Of a stretch of DNA of 64,000 bases, positions 26,022 through 39,235 are shown one piece after another. Each line of letters begins with the position of its first letter. Positions within the stretch are counted from its first letter, which is position 1. Origin of the DNA: Paraspadella gotoi (Eukaryota; Animalia; Chaetognatha); assembly GCA_051294375.1 (NCBI GenBank), contig CM119271.1, positions 14,452,770 through 14,516,769 on the forward strand, read 5' to 3'. The notes below the pieces were generated by a model. The model did no database searches, was not told where the DNA came from, and was given only the letters and a program-made list of their open reading frames with translations. A program made the translations under genes and the position numbers.

Positions 26022-29000
26022 TTTTAAATTTTTTTTTAAAAATCTGATTCTTAAAAAATTGTCTCGATTAAAAGTTTAAAACCTGAAATAGTAAAATACA
26101 AAATACGATACAATCATGCATAGTCGTCTCTTTCTTTCCCACGAGGCCGCAGGGCTCGAGCGCGACTTTCAACAGAGGCGAGCGACTCCCAAAGAGGCGC
26201 GCGTCGAGACGTGACGACTCGTGACGAACAAATTGACAGGAGGGAGAGAAGAAGAGAGAAGAAGAGAGAGAGAGAGAAGAGAGAGGAGAGAGAGAGGAGA
26301 GAGAAGAAGAGAGAGAGAGAAGAGAGAGAGAGGACAGACACGTAGAAGTCGAATGTCCAAATCAAAAGCCGAACAAAAATTTGGAGCAAAGGAGCAGAGA
26401 GAGAGAGAGAGAAACAGAGACAAAAAAAGAAAAAAAAACTTTTCATGAAGCCCAACCTACCAAGTACCCAGTACCCACCCCCATCAAATAAAAAAAGAAC
26501 AAATCCGTGAAATTGACTGGAATTTAAAACAAAAAGGACTAATGAGAACATTTAGATAATAACCCACACACATGATAAAAAAAAGCGACAAATAAGCGAC
26601 TCTCTAACGTAACAACATAACAAAACCTTTCGCGTAAAAACGAACTTTATTTGGTTTCGATTCATTGAATCCAATATGTTATTCATAGTCATGTGATGTG
26701 ACCGAATGGAGAAAAGAGAATGGCAAAGAAAAAATGAAAAGTTTCGTCAGTTTTTGAAAAACAATTTTTTTCAACGGTGCCCGCAGATGAGAGAATTTTC
26801 ATAATTTTATGTCTTGATGGGTCAAAAAACGATAGAAAAAAACATTAGCCTATTTAAATTGCTCAGTTGAATGAATATATAGATAGAATAGAGGAAGCTG
26901 GCCGCAATCATGAAAATTAATGAAAAAACTGTTTCGCAATTTGAATAATAATATACAATTTCAAAATTTATTTTACCGGAATAATTAAAATTGTCATTCT
27001 ATCTAAGTATAACGCAGTTTAATTTTTCAAAAGCCATTTTTAAATTTTGGGCACATCATCGTCTGTTCCGTCTTGTGTTTATTCATTACGATAAGAACCA
27101 AACTAAAACCTCAAAAAATATTTAATAAATAATTTTAGCTTAAAAATTTCATCAGTATTTAAACAAAATGACGCCGAAAGCCTCCCATCTGAATTTTTTT
27201 ATGAAGCTCGTTTATAGCGTGATTTTAAAAATGATATGTGAAATAATAATGCGAATTAAATATATCTTGATCAAAGTTTCTTAGTAGAAAATGTGTTATT
27301 TCATTTTTTGTTTTTTTTTTTGTTTTGTTTTACGATGGTGAGACTAAAATGATTTTTTTAGTATAGAAAACAATGTAAATAGTTAAATATAACTAACAAC
27401 AACCAACACCCGAAACATGCATCGTTATCAGTCATTTAAAAATATAAGCTCCAGACAGATGAGAGATTTGCGCGGTTGTACCGAGGAATATTGTACATTG
27501 GATGATAGAAACGTAAAAAAGAGAAAAAAAATCGCGTTGACTGCATCTATCATAAACCGCGTTGCTGACGAACAAAATATTCCCGTCATTATAAAAAAAA
27601 AAGAATTAACAATTGTTTCCTAACAAACTTCCGAAATACTTCATGCAGGCTTCTTTATCAATGTAGAGTTCGAGGATAAACAAGCAATAGTGGGCAAAAA
27701 AAATTCTATAATCAAACAAAAAATATTTGAAATCAACGTTAAAGTTAATAACGGACCATCAAGAATAATTATTTTTAGAACTGCCCTCAAATAACTCAAA
27801 AGAACATTGACCCATTTCATTCATATGTTAATTTCTCCAGTGCGATTAACCATGCATTTCTATGGTGCGAGAATTTAAAAACGCGTTAACATTTTCAGCG
27901 TCGATATTTAATTCTCGATGTGGATTAGTTAAAAAAATTTTGTTGTTTTTATGGCACAAAAACGAGGATTAAGAGAACTTACGACTGCGCGGACGCTTAA
28001 ACGAAACTGTTTAGAAAAAATATTAAAATATCAATTTCTAACGAAGATATTGCTCAAAGTCGTAACACTAACCCGCGCTGTCGATTTGTCCAGAAGATAT
28101 ATAACTAAATCATGTCAATCTTGAAGAGGAAGATTTCCAACGGATAAAATTCGCACTAGTGAATCAACGAGAAAATGGAATCCAAACTTTGCACCAAAAA
28201 GAGAGAAAAAGGAGGAAAGATGGGAGGAAAAAAAAAGAAAAGAAAAATGGAAAAAGCGAAAAGGAGGCGACAAAATAAATTTCTCTTTATAATTTTTTGT
28301 ATTTTTGATTTGGCGGCAATGGAATGATTTTTGTCTTCCAAGCGGACTGACCGTAATATTTCTCCTTTAAACTTTCGAAAGGGGATGTATATTAGTGTGT
28401 ATAAATTTATGATAAGATCCTAAATCATCTACTCACGCCCTAACTTTAAATATAACTTTTATAACGAATGAGAGGGAGATCATTCAAAGAGATGGAAAGG
28501 GGGCGGAAATGGGAACGAGAGGGGATTTAAAAAAGGGATCGGGGGTGAGAGAGAGAGAAAGAGCGAGAGAAAGAGTGAGAGGGTGACACGATGCCATGCC
28601 TTCGGCGCTCAGCCGAAGAAGGGGAAAACTTGTGAACTAACGTTTACGCTACCATTACTACCCTAACAGTAACAAGAATCTAAAAATCAAGGGGAAGGGA
28701 TCGAGATCAAATCAAATAGCGTAATATATAGAAAAACGTTATGCACGCCAACAACATATTAATATATCACTAATGGGGAGTCGGAACGTCGACGATATAA
28801 CCTTTCACACGAGCACATTGGTGCATCCGTGCTTATTTTCTTTCTTTTTTTTGAACTACAAAACATGAATGCTTTTTTTAGTAATGATTAAACATTTTTA
28901 TATTGTATAAAAACTATTTTCAAAATGAAAAAAGAAAAAGAAAAAGCGATAGAAAAAGGGATAGAAAAAGAGATAGAAAAAAATATGGAGGGTTTTATTT

Positions 29001-29420
29001 TTTCCACAATGATGATACAAACTTGTCGCCCGAGTCATTTCGAAAAATGAAAAAGAGAGAGAGAAGGGAGAAAGAGAAATACGTAGCACCGAAAAAGCGA
29101 AGATCAAATGTGATATGATGAGAGAGAAAAAAAAAGCCAACAGTTCGCTCAAAAAACCGGGGGGGGGGGGAAATGAAAAATACTAAATACGCTTGAGAGG
29201 CGACTGGAAGACCGGAATATTAAAATGATAAGGAAATTAAATACTTGAATAAAGATTCTTAATTTTTCCCTCCAACAATTAATTACAGTCTTTACAACAC
29301 ACTACTTAAAAATCAACGTTAATTATATCCTACAATCCTTACCCACTACCCAGTCTTACAACTAAACACCAACAAAATTAAAAGAAGGATGATGACGATG
29401 ATAAAATGGCGATGACTCAG

Positions 29421-29469
29421 ATCTCCAGACATTAATCGCAGACATTAATCTCCAGACATTAATCGCAGA
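29421..29469. repeat. short tandem repeat (cagacattaatc-type unit, ~4 copies)
   Basis: atctccagacattaatcgcagacattaatctccagacattaatcgcaga. Confidence 0.7.
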
Positions 29470-30570
29470 TAGTTACAAATGCAAAATATTACACGTACGC
29501 CTTTGTAAAGTATGATTGTCCGAGTACGGGTCGAAATTAGAAATTCGAAGCGTACCCGATCGCGACTACAAACCGGTCGCTCAGTCGGTCATCGACCTTT
29601 TCTTTTTTTTTTCTTCTTTTAATCAAAGTGGGAATGTTAGCTCAATTCATGTATAGTTTTTCGGAATGTTAGTTCATGTTTTTTTCTTCGTTTTAAAATA
29701 TGAATCAGGTTTTTTTTTTTTTTTGTTTTTGCGTTAAATCCCGCGGGTTTTTTTTTCGTATTTTTTTTAATTTAACGAATGCATAACAATTATCACTGGA
29801 ATGTTAGTTTGTTGTAATCATTTTCACAGTAAAAAGGGGAAAGCGAAAAGGGGGGAAGAGACCGAAGTGATAACGCGGGGAGAAGAGGGAAGAAGAAATT
29901 GAAATAAAAAAAACTATCACTGTTTGTTTCTTAACTTTTTTTTAATCCAACCGAAGATAAAAAAAAAAACCAAGTTCTCAAACCCAAGTTTAGCCTCAAC
30001 GCGACATAGAAAATTAACGATAGGAATCGATCACTGTTTTGTCGTTTTGCGAGAAACCGAGAAAAATAAATGGAATAATGACCTGTACCTGTTAACTATC
30101 AAGTTATAAACGGGTACGAACCTACAATCGGTCGCGCTTCGACGGAGGGAAAGAGGCGAAACACCGTAAGAATGCAGACGTTAGCTTTGGCAAACTTTTG
30201 GAATCAATAAATGAGGCAAAAACACCATTTAAAGCATTCTAAATCTGAAACTTGAGGATGAATTTGGCCTTACTGCCTTTGAAATCCTTTTATTTCTCGT
30301 CTTCAAAAAAAAAAAAAAGAGACAAACCTGAAAGCGGCCGAAACCGATCACAACCGGTGAGAACTAGTTCAAAACTTTCAACCCTGCCCCTCAACCCCTT
30401 AAATTACGACAGCCTTATGTGCCCCCCCCTCCCCCGACGCAGCGAAAACCGCCGCAGCGACGACCGGCGCAGGAAAACGCGCGTGCGAGTGTTTTCCGTG
30501 CGAGAGCAAACTTGCGTGTTGTTTCGACTCTGAACGCGAGAGTCGTGCGTTTTGTTTTATTTTGTTTTTT

Positions 30571-33500
30571 TCATTCTGGAATGTTGGCCAGCTTCTCCTT
30601 AGTGTCGGACCTGAGCCTCTCCGACATCGAGGGTCCGGGAATGAAGGCGTCCTCGTCGGTCGGCGTCGGCACCTGAGTGCTGCGGTTCCGCATCACCACG
30701 TCTTCATCCGGTCCGCCGCCGCCGCCGCCTCCGCCCGCGTATCGCGCCGCTACTTCAGCGCCGACTCCGCCTCCGCCGCTTCCGCGGAAGAGTGGCTCGT
30801 GGAATGTGAGCGTCAAGTGTTCCGTCTTGGAGATGGCGGAGGCGGAGGCGCCGGCGAGAATGAGGTCGTCGTCGTCGTAGTCGTACGACTCCATCGGGTC
30901 GTTGCCCCACGAGTGCTGGTTTGGCCGGTGGAGGGGCGGCGGGATTTGACGGGCAAAGTCCGGCCCGCCCGCCGAGGCGTCGAGGGCGGAGCCGCGCTGC
31001 AGAGTGTACTGGGCGTAGTTGCCGGTCGAGACGCGGACCTGTGGACCCAAGTTAATATCCATACAATCAACTCAGAATAAATAAGACCCGTTTGAATAAT
31101 ATTAAATTTAAAATAAAACGGTTAACATTCGTCTCTAACTACTCATGATGTGCTAAAGTGCAGAAAATCCTCACCTGGGCGGCAGCGTAGGGATCCAACT
31201 GGAGGGAAAGGGAGTCGTCCATGGCATGGACGGGTGAGGAGAGATAGTGGCCGTTGTCGTTTAAGATGGTACCTTTGACGAAATCAAACCGAAGGTTTAA
31301 TAAACAAAACGATCAAGTCTTTTATAAAAAAGTGGGAAAATCTTTCATTCCCAGAGCAGAATCTAACGGAAGAAAAACCCAGTCAGAAAAGCCCAAAATT
31401 GACGCACGCCAAGTTAATGAGGAACTCACCGTCGTGGAACCGAGTGATGCCGGGATCGAGATCCCCGTCGATGGCTGCCAACTCCATCTCGGCCGAGTCC
31501 ACGTAGTGATTCATCACCACGGCCGATTTGTGGGAGGGTGGGACGCCGCCTCGCGACGCACTCGACGAGGGTTGGTCCGAATCCCGCTGGAGAAATGGGC
31601 AGAGATTAGTCATTATTCCTCAAGATTAGTCATTAGTAATTGCATCCCTTACCTTGTAAAACATGACGTAAAAGAGCGAAAGTCCGGCGAGGACAACGAA
31701 AATGAGCAGTGCCGTGATGACGCCGGCAATGACGCCGGAGGTGCCGGACGTCCCCAGCGACGCCGAATTGATGTAAGAGTTGTGGACGTTGATGGTGACG
31801 ACCATCTCGGCGGAACCGGCGTCGTTTCGTGCCAAGCAACGGTAGTCGCCTATTTTGATGCAAAATAATTATATAAAAAATAATATTATCGAGTTAAATT
31901 AGCATTAATTAAAATGGTATTAAAATTAATATTAAATTCTGAACTATCCTCTTCGTTCGCTCACCGGCGGTCGAGTCGGTCGCCTTGAGAATCGTGAGCA
32001 CCGAGGTTTTATTGCGATCGTCGTTTCCTCCCGGGTGACTGATGTAGTACTCTCTCCCTTGGGGATAACCGATGGCGTCGGACTCGTGGAACCACGCCAC
32101 CTGGAGGAGAAAAAAAAAATCGAAATGAGGTGGGGGGGTTGAATAAAAGAAGGCCGGATAAACGAAGGACGGACCTGTTTCGGCGGATCGAGATAAACGC
32201 GGCAGGTGAAATTAACCTCCCGCCCTTGTTGCACGCTGATCACTCTGAAGAATGAGAAAGCGGATAATGAGGACGAGTTATTGAAAAATTTAGAAATTGT
32301 TTTAATTTTTAAATATTAAATACCGGTGAGGGTCGGAGTAGAGAATTGGGGCGCAAGCGAATTTGTCAGAGTCGAGTCGCCACCATTTTTTGTCGCGGAG
32401 TTGCAAAGGGTTTTTGCATCTGAAATCGACAATGTTCATTTAATACGAAAATATCTATGTTGATTAAGTAATATTTCTGATTAAGACGCCTTGCGTAAGT
32501 TTTATTCAGAGTTATTCCAAATGTTACAATATGCAAATGAGATTAAAGTATATTTCCCTTTCTCACCTAGTGGCTTTGACGTCTTTGTCAAAGTCGTAGG
32601 TGATCTTCGCCGTCTCGATCCAGAGACGGAGCCAGCGGAGGCGGCAGGTGCAGTCCCAAGGGTTGTCGTAGAGGTGGAGGAGGCGGAGGCTGCCGACGTC
32701 CTCGAGGTCGGTGAAGGTGGAGCGGGCGAGTGTGACGAGCCGATTGGAGGCGAGGTAGAGGTACTGGAGTTTGACAAGGCCCTTGAAGGCCGAAGCGGCG
32801 ATGGAGCGAATGGCGCAGTCGTTCAGCTCCAACCGCTCCAGCTCACCTGAAAGTAAGAGCGGGAAAGTGAGATATATCATTCAAAAATAGCATTTCCGTC
32901 ATTGCTCTAAAAACTCACCGAGTCCCGAGAAGGTCTCGTTCTCCAGCGCGGTGATCTGGTTCTCGTTGAGTTTGAGGACTTGCAGCCCCGCAGCCTCGCG
33001 GAGCGCCTTGACCGGAACGGCGGTCAATCGATTGGCGCTGAAGTCGATGTGGACCAAATTGGCGAGACCCTTGAAGGCCGAGGAGTGGATCTTGGAGATC
33101 TTGTTGCCTGGAAAAGAAAATATAATGGGAGGCATGATTTAAGGAGGAGGATTTGATGAAATAAAACACATAACAAGGGGTTAGGGAAACTTGCCGGAAA
33201 GTTTGAGCTGTTGGAGTCCGGTAAGGTGTTGGAACGCGTTCTTTCGGAGTCGTTCCACCTGAAGCAGGATAAGTATTAAGCAATGTTTAAATATGTTAAA
33301 TGTCTAAAATGTTGTCAATATTCTTCGAAATATTTATCACGTTTCTTTCGAATATGCATGCTTCAAAATATTTATCACGATACTTTTGATTTGAAAGACT
33401 CACAATCTTATTAAAGCTAATTTAAGTTATTGTAACTCCTCCGTCCCACTTCTAATACAATCAGAAAAGCTCAATTCCCCAAACTTCCTCATCCCGACAG

Positions 33501-34390
33501 ACCTCGTTGTTCTGGAACATAAGCTGCACCGTCTCGTCCGGGATGCTGCTCTCGTCGGGAATGTCCTGGAGTCGTTTGTCAGCGCAGTCGGTGATCTGCA
33601 GTCCGTTAACCAATGCGGATCTACAGACTTCGCCGCTGCCGCGTCCGCCGCCACCGACGCCGCGATCGAACCCGAGGCCGAAGGAGGAAAACGTTAAGGA
33701 CTCCGCCTGAGGCTCGGCTTGGCGCCCGGAGCGCGGACGAAGGGAACGCCGGTCGTGTTTGCGTCGGCTTTGACGCCGCGAAAAAACGATACCTGGCCAA
33801 GGCGGCGTCGGTGGCGATGAAGGGTGACGAGGGGAATCGACGAGAGGCTTGGGAAATTCGAGGAGACGGGGCTGTTGCTGTTGATGTCGACGCGACAATT
33901 CGGTGTCAATCCCATCTTTTCTGCCGTCAACTTCTCCGCTTCCGCTGCCTCCGGGTCGACGGACGGAGAACGACGCAGAGACGTTATCGAGGGCGTCGGC
34001 GGAATCCTCCGTCGGCGACCACCAGATTCTCCACCGCCTCGACGACTTAGACGCCGGTTTCGACGGAATTTGACTTTCGACGCCGGATTTTGACGCCGTA
34101 TCGCCGACGTCGGTTGGTGGACGAGACTAAATCCAACCAGAGGCATTGGAGTTGATCTCGTCTTCGAATCTTAAGCGCCGGTTAGCGTCGCGGCGCGGAA
34201 TCGATGCGGCGCGGTTTTTGTCGCGCGACGCCCACGGAGGCGGCGGTGGCGCCGGGGGGCGTGGCGGCGGCGAGGCGTAGTCCGTTTGGGGGAGAGGAGG
34301 GGCGTAGTCGAGTCGAGGGTGACTCGTGCCGACGACGACGACGGAGACGACGACGATGGCCAAGTGAGTCAAGGTGGACCGAAATGTCAT
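30571..34390 (-). CDS. kekkon-like type I membrane protein (signal peptide, LRRs, LRRCT, Ig domain, TM, cytoplasmic tail); one in-frame TAG at 34127-34129
   Basis: Signal peptide MTFRSTLTHLAIVVVSVVVVG. LRRs (LAxLVHIDFSANRLTAVP, LQVLKLNENQIT, LQYLYLASNRL), LYDNPWDCTCRLRWL, Ig motifs VNFTCRV..VAW..LTI...GDYRCLARNDAG, TM GVIAGVITALLIFVVLAGLSLFYVMF. Confidence 0.88.
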
Positions 34391-35064
34391 TGCCGTTGTC
34401 GTTTTCGCACCGACGGAGGCAAATTCCGGTTTATACTGGGTATATTTTGGTCTAAAAAGACGGAATGATATGCTTCCCTGCTTCGGTTCATGTAATATGT
34501 GGCTTCTGAGATCCTAATGCGAGGGACTAAGGATATGTTTTATGTTGTTTCGTCATGGGTTGAAAACGTAAAGAAACGAAGATGAGATTCGGTGAAAAAA
34601 AAAAGGGAAGTTTGACATTTATCGATGCGCCGGAAACCGGGCAGTCGACGGAGCACCGAAAAGGACTAGAAACACCATGAGTTTTATCGCGATGGTTTTT
34701 TTGACTAAAAAAATGAATCGGTTTCGTTGATTTGAAGATAAAAGAAAAACGGGTAACAATTGAGGCTTCAAAGATTCATTTTCTTGAGGATCACACGGAA
34801 AAAACAAAACTAAATCTATAGAACAATCTGAATGGAAAAGACTAGTGTGGCTGCAAATGACAAAAGCAGCCGTCGACCACTTCTCACCGAAACGCCTAAT
34901 CACAATTAAAATAAAGGACCGTTAATGGTTTTTGTATAATAAAAAAATATCAAAAATATAACTATTAACGATTAAAATCATCAAAGCCAATGGTTAAAAA
35001 TAAAAAAGATATCACATTCCGCCATGATTTATTTGATTTAAACTTTTTTTTTTTTCGATTAGCT

Positions 35065-36414
35065 TCATGACTTTCCGCTCGTTCCGATTTCTCCGCCAAT
35101 TTTCCTCAATATTTCCGCCGCTTTCTTCACAGTTTCCTCGTCCTTGTTGAAGCACAACCGGACGAGCTGATCTGAGGCCGATTTGTCATCGGCGGAGAAG
35201 AATGGAAAGGTGGGCATGACGACGAGTCGCTTTTTAAACATGAGCCAGCGGACGATCCGCTCGGCGGAACTACGAGCGGCGCCATCGTCAGCGGTGATCC
35301 GGTCGACGTCGAGACCCGAGCAGTCGGCCGTGACGAAGAATCCTCCCTGGGGGCGAATCGGCCGCAACCCCGCCTCGGCCAGGGCCTCTACTAGCATGTC
35401 CCGCTTCCGTCGCATCTCGGCGCGGTTGGGCCCGAACCAAGGGTCAGCTTCGGACCTGCTAAGGACTTCCTCTAGAGCGATGGCGACGGCCTCTTGGATG
35501 GGAGTCGGGCAGACATAAAGGAAACTCTGGTGCACGACCCTGAGACAATGGATGAGCGATGCTGGCCCAATGGCCCAGCCAAGTTTCCAACCCGTCGCGT
35601 TAAAGGACTTGCCCGCGCTGCCCAGGGTCAAGACGCGTTCCCACATACCGGGCAAAGTCGCTAGGCGCGGGAGTCCGATGGGAGAGGGACCCGTAGTATC
35701 GTCGTCGTCATAGACGAGATTTTCATAAACGCAGTCGTTAATGACGATGGCATCGAATTCGCGGCACAACTCGGCAAGGATTTTCAACTCCTCCATCGAA
35801 TAGACTTTTCCCAACGGATTCTGCGGCGAATTGAGGAGAACGAGTTTCGTCTTAGCGCTGAATTTGGATCTCAGCTCCGCCGCGTCCAAGACCCAATCAG
35901 AGGCGTCAGAAATAGGACCTTCGTCTTCGCGGCGCCGGCGCTGCAAGTTCATGAAAATCGGGATCCCGCCGGCGACGGAGACGATGCCGCGGTAAAAGTC
36001 GTAGGAGGGTTGGATGATCAAGACTTCATCGCCGGGATCGACGAGACCTAGAACCGAGGCCGTGAGGGCTTCGTCCGCTCCGATCGTCGACAGGATCTCC
36101 GACGTCGGATCCAAGTCTCTCTTCAAAACGGGGCCGTAGAATCGGGCCAAAGCGCGCATAAGGCGGAGGTGGCCGTGACTGCGTGCGTATTGATGGAGGA
36201 AGGGTTCTTCAGATTCCATGACGCGCTTCATGGCGTCGCGTAAAAGTTGAGGCGGCATGGCGTCCGTGAACCCGGGACCCATATTACATACCCCACCGGG
36301 CTCAGCGGACAGCTGGGCGGCCAAGTTGGAGACATTGACCCAAGGGTTGCTTTGAAGGGACACGAATCTTTTGGACAGAAACCGATTTGCGAGGGGAGGA
36401 GAATCCGAGGACAT
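35065..36414 (-). CDS. kynurenine--oxoglutarate / glutamine transaminase (class I PLP aminotransferase, KYAT1/3-like), intronless
   Basis: Uninterrupted 449-aa ORF: NMGPGFTD, QYARSHGHLRL, LNSPQNPLGKVYS, DCVYE, ATLPGMWERVLTLGSAGKSFNATGWKLGW (PLP lysine), PQGGFF, VRLCFNK. Confidence 0.93.
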   Translation of the reverse strand: MSSDSPPLANRFLSKRFVSLQSNPWVNVSNLAAQLSAEPGGVCNMGPGFTDAMPPQLLRDAMKRVMESEEPFLHQYARSHGHLRLMRALARFYGPVLKRDLDPTSEILSTIGADEALTASVLGLVDPGDEVLIIQPSYDFYRGIVSVAGGIPIFMNLQRRRREDEGPISDASDWVLDAAELRSKFSAKTKLVLLNSPQNPLGKVYSMEELKILAELCREFDAIVINDCVYENLVYDDDDTTGPSPIGLPRLATLPGMWERVLTLGSAGKSFNATGWKLGWAIGPASLIHCLRVVHQSFLYVCPTPIQEAVAIALEEVLSRSEADPWFGPNRAEMRRKRDMLVEALAEAGLRPIRPQGGFFVTADCSGLDVDRITADDGAARSSAERIVRWLMFKKRLVVMPTFPFFSADDKSASDQLVRLCFNKDEETVKKAAEILRKIGGEIGTSGKS

Positions 36415-36529
36415 TTTTCTTTTTTTTAAATAAATTTTTATTTAAAAAAATTTTTTCTTTCTCCGATTAAATTTCAGTTACAAAGTTTGTCAATTTCTTT
36501 TCAATGTCCCCACCGATAACCACCGCTGT

Positions 36530-36599
36530 CTGAAACGAAAAATATAATGCGACACTTATTGACTCGAGCGGAGAGTCGAAGGAAGAAATTGTATTTATT
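36530..36599 (-). promoter_or_regulatory. poly(A) signal (AATAAA 36599-36594) followed ~60 nt later by an unpaired 3' splice acceptor (TTTTTCGTTTCAG, AG at 36531-36530); candidate intercistronic trans-splice region
   Basis: Motifs are read directly from the minus strand. No usable donor lies between them. The function is inferred. Confidence 0.5.
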
Positions 36600-36930
36600 T
36601 GTTAAACCTTTTAAATTCGAAATAATACAAAATTATAAGTACGAAGTTAGGAACAACTTCACTGTGATGTCGAGATAGATGAACTTCGGCGGGAATTTAA
36701 AGATGATGACTAGATAAGAAACATTGATTGAAGTACGGTACGAAAGAGGCTTGGAAATGCAATTGATTGATTGATTGATTGATTGAAAGAGGCTTCAAGA
36801 TGATCGATTGATTGATTTTAAGATGCAATAATGCCGATAAGAATATAGTAAACCTTGCCCCCGAACCAACAGGTAATTTCCACCACCAACAGTTAATAAT
36901 ATTAGTTTTTGTTTTCTCCTATTTATTATT

Positions 36931-38575
36931 TTATTCATTCACTACTACAAATTCCCCATTGGCTGGCAAAGCCTCTTTTTCTCTCTTTTTATCCTCCTCC
37001 TCTTCCTTCTCCCTCTTCTCCTCCGCCTCCAGCGCCTCCTTCTTCCTCCTCTCGCTCTCCGCCCTTCCCTTCTCCACTTCCGCCTTCGCCGCCTCCAGCA
37101 CCGGACCCGCCCCCATCTCCATCAGCCTCTTAGCGACGGCGACGCCGAGTTCCTCCGCAGCCGCCATCGCCGCCTCGTTGAGGACACCCGCCACCACGCC
37201 GGAGTAGGTCCTCGAGGATCGGGGGCGTTTCGCGGAAGAGGAGGAAGGTGCGGCGGCGTCGGCAGAGGCGTGGTCGCCTTCACCCCCGCGACGTCGCCGG
37301 CGCGGCTGATCCTCTTCCGACAAGAGATGAACTCCCAAGTCGGTGGAGAGGCAGACGACGATGGCTTCGGATCCGTCGAGGCTAAAGACGCCTCCGCGGA
37401 GCGAGAGGAGGTTGGCGTCGTTCAGATCTGATTCATCGATCGATTGAAATTATTAATCCGATCAATCAATAAAACGATCGACTCTTTCAACTCACCAGAA
37501 TCGACGGCGACCGGGGCGGAACACCCGCCCTCGAGAACCTTGAGCATCGCTCGTTCGGCGACGATTCGATAGACGGTCGTCTCGTGATGGAGATTAGAGA
37601 GGAGAGAAAGAGTTGATAAGTCGTCATCGCGACACTCGATCGCCAAAGCCCCTTGTCCAACCGCGTACATGCATTCTGATGATCGAGGTCAAAATTAGGT
37701 TTAGAATATCTCGCTCTCTATCTCTCGTCTTTCTCTACATCGTTTCTCTCACCCTCGGCCGGGATGGCCCTGGTGATCCTCTCCTTCCATCCCATCCGCT
37801 CCATTCCGGCTTCGGCCAAGATCAAGGCCGAGTATCTCGTCGCTCCTTCTTCGTTGTCGAGCTTCTTCATCCGGGTGTTGAGATTTCCCCGGATGTCGGT
37901 GAACGAGAGGCCCGAATGTAATCGCTTTAGTTGGGCGATGCGACGGAGGGATGAGGTGCCGACGACGGAGCCCTTCGGCAAGTCGGTCAGTCGGGCGAAG
38001 GAGTGACGAAGGCTGCCCGACGACATGATGCAAGCGTCGAGAGGAGATTCACGCTGACAAAAAAGTTAATACAGTTACGTTGTTTTTAATTGTCTCAATA
38101 ATTTTCTTACCTTTAGCACGGCGCCGATGACCATCCCAGGCGGCAGCGTCGTTGGCAGATCCTTCAAGGAGTGGACGACGAGATCCACGTCTCGATTCTC
38201 CAACGCCACCTCCAACTCTTTCGTGAAAAGAGACTTCTCCCCTATCTTGGATAGGGCCACGCCTTTTAAATTCAAAAGTTAATATTTTATTATTAATCAT
38301 ATAATATAAAAATTAATAATCCTCTACCAAGACTAACCAAGTATCTTGTCCCCCGTTGTGGTGATCTTCTTAACGGGCAAATCGACCTCGGGAAACAATT
38401 CTTTCAACTTGGCCACCACCGAATTAGTCTGAATCATCGCCAGAGCGGAGGCGCGAGTCCCGACGCAAGCGACGACCCGCCTGCGCGACGAGATCGGCGC
38501 GTGGGCGTGGTAGGAATGGACGCCGCCAGGGGGAGAGAGGCGAGTCGGAGAAGCCGAGGATGATGAGGCGGACAT
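36931..38575 (-). CDS. HMBS: porphobilinogen deaminase (hydroxymethylbilane synthase)
   Basis: [21 protein letters not shown]|[69 protein letters not shown] (cofactor Cys). Five exons. Confidence 0.97.
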
Positions 38576-38964
38576 GTTGGATTTCTTATTAACTTAATAC
38601 TGGAATGACGATTTCTAGCGAAGACTTCAAGTTTCGGGATTCGTTAAAACTTTAAAGACGATGGGCGGAGAAACGACTTGGAACGATGGAGCGTGCCGCC
38701 GATGAAATAGAGAATGAAAAGGGACCCGTATTTACGTTGCGGTCGCCGAGGGAATCGATTTGCGCGGCGAAGCGAAAGGCGAAAGGATCCAGAGATTCGA
38801 CCCAGATTTGATTTTTTTTCTTCCAAGAACCCGGGGAAAGGAAATTCTTCTTTCGCTTTCTTTTCTCGATCTTGTGCGCGATCTCTTCTCCTCCTTCTCT
38901 CTCTCTCTCCGCTTTTTTTCAGAATCGGTTTAAGTGGGAGGAAGCATAATTCCCATTTTAATAC

Positions 38965-38976
38965 CAAAATGGCTGC
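38965..38976 (+). promoter_or_regulatory. YY1-like site CAAAATGGCTGC ~400 bp upstream of the HMBS ATG (similar AAAATGGCTGCC at 50736-50747 upstream of tweety)
   Basis: Resembles the YY1 consensus AAAATGGCGGC. Motif match only. Confidence 0.3.
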
Positions 38977-39235
38977 TGTTTGGATAAAAAAAAGGTAAAT
39001 AAAAAAAAATCTATTCACATTACATCGTAGGAATAATTTGAAAATTAAACAACAACAAAACGGCGGTTATTCTTTCCGAGCGTAAAGATTCTATGTTTAT
39101 TGACTGGCTTTGGTCAGAATTCCCATACATTCCTCGCTATAGGGCATTTTTGTGCTCCAGTTCCCTCAACCTTATGAGTTCAATTCTAGCAATATACAAT
39201 GTACAGGGTACTCATATTTTCCAAAAAACTCAGAA

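Noticed and set aside
28600-28618. Hairpin CTTCGGC-N5-GCCGAAG downstream of the LRR-Ig gene
   Set aside because: The loop matches neither IRE, SECIS nor histone stem-loop consensus, and a 7-bp stem is expected by chance.
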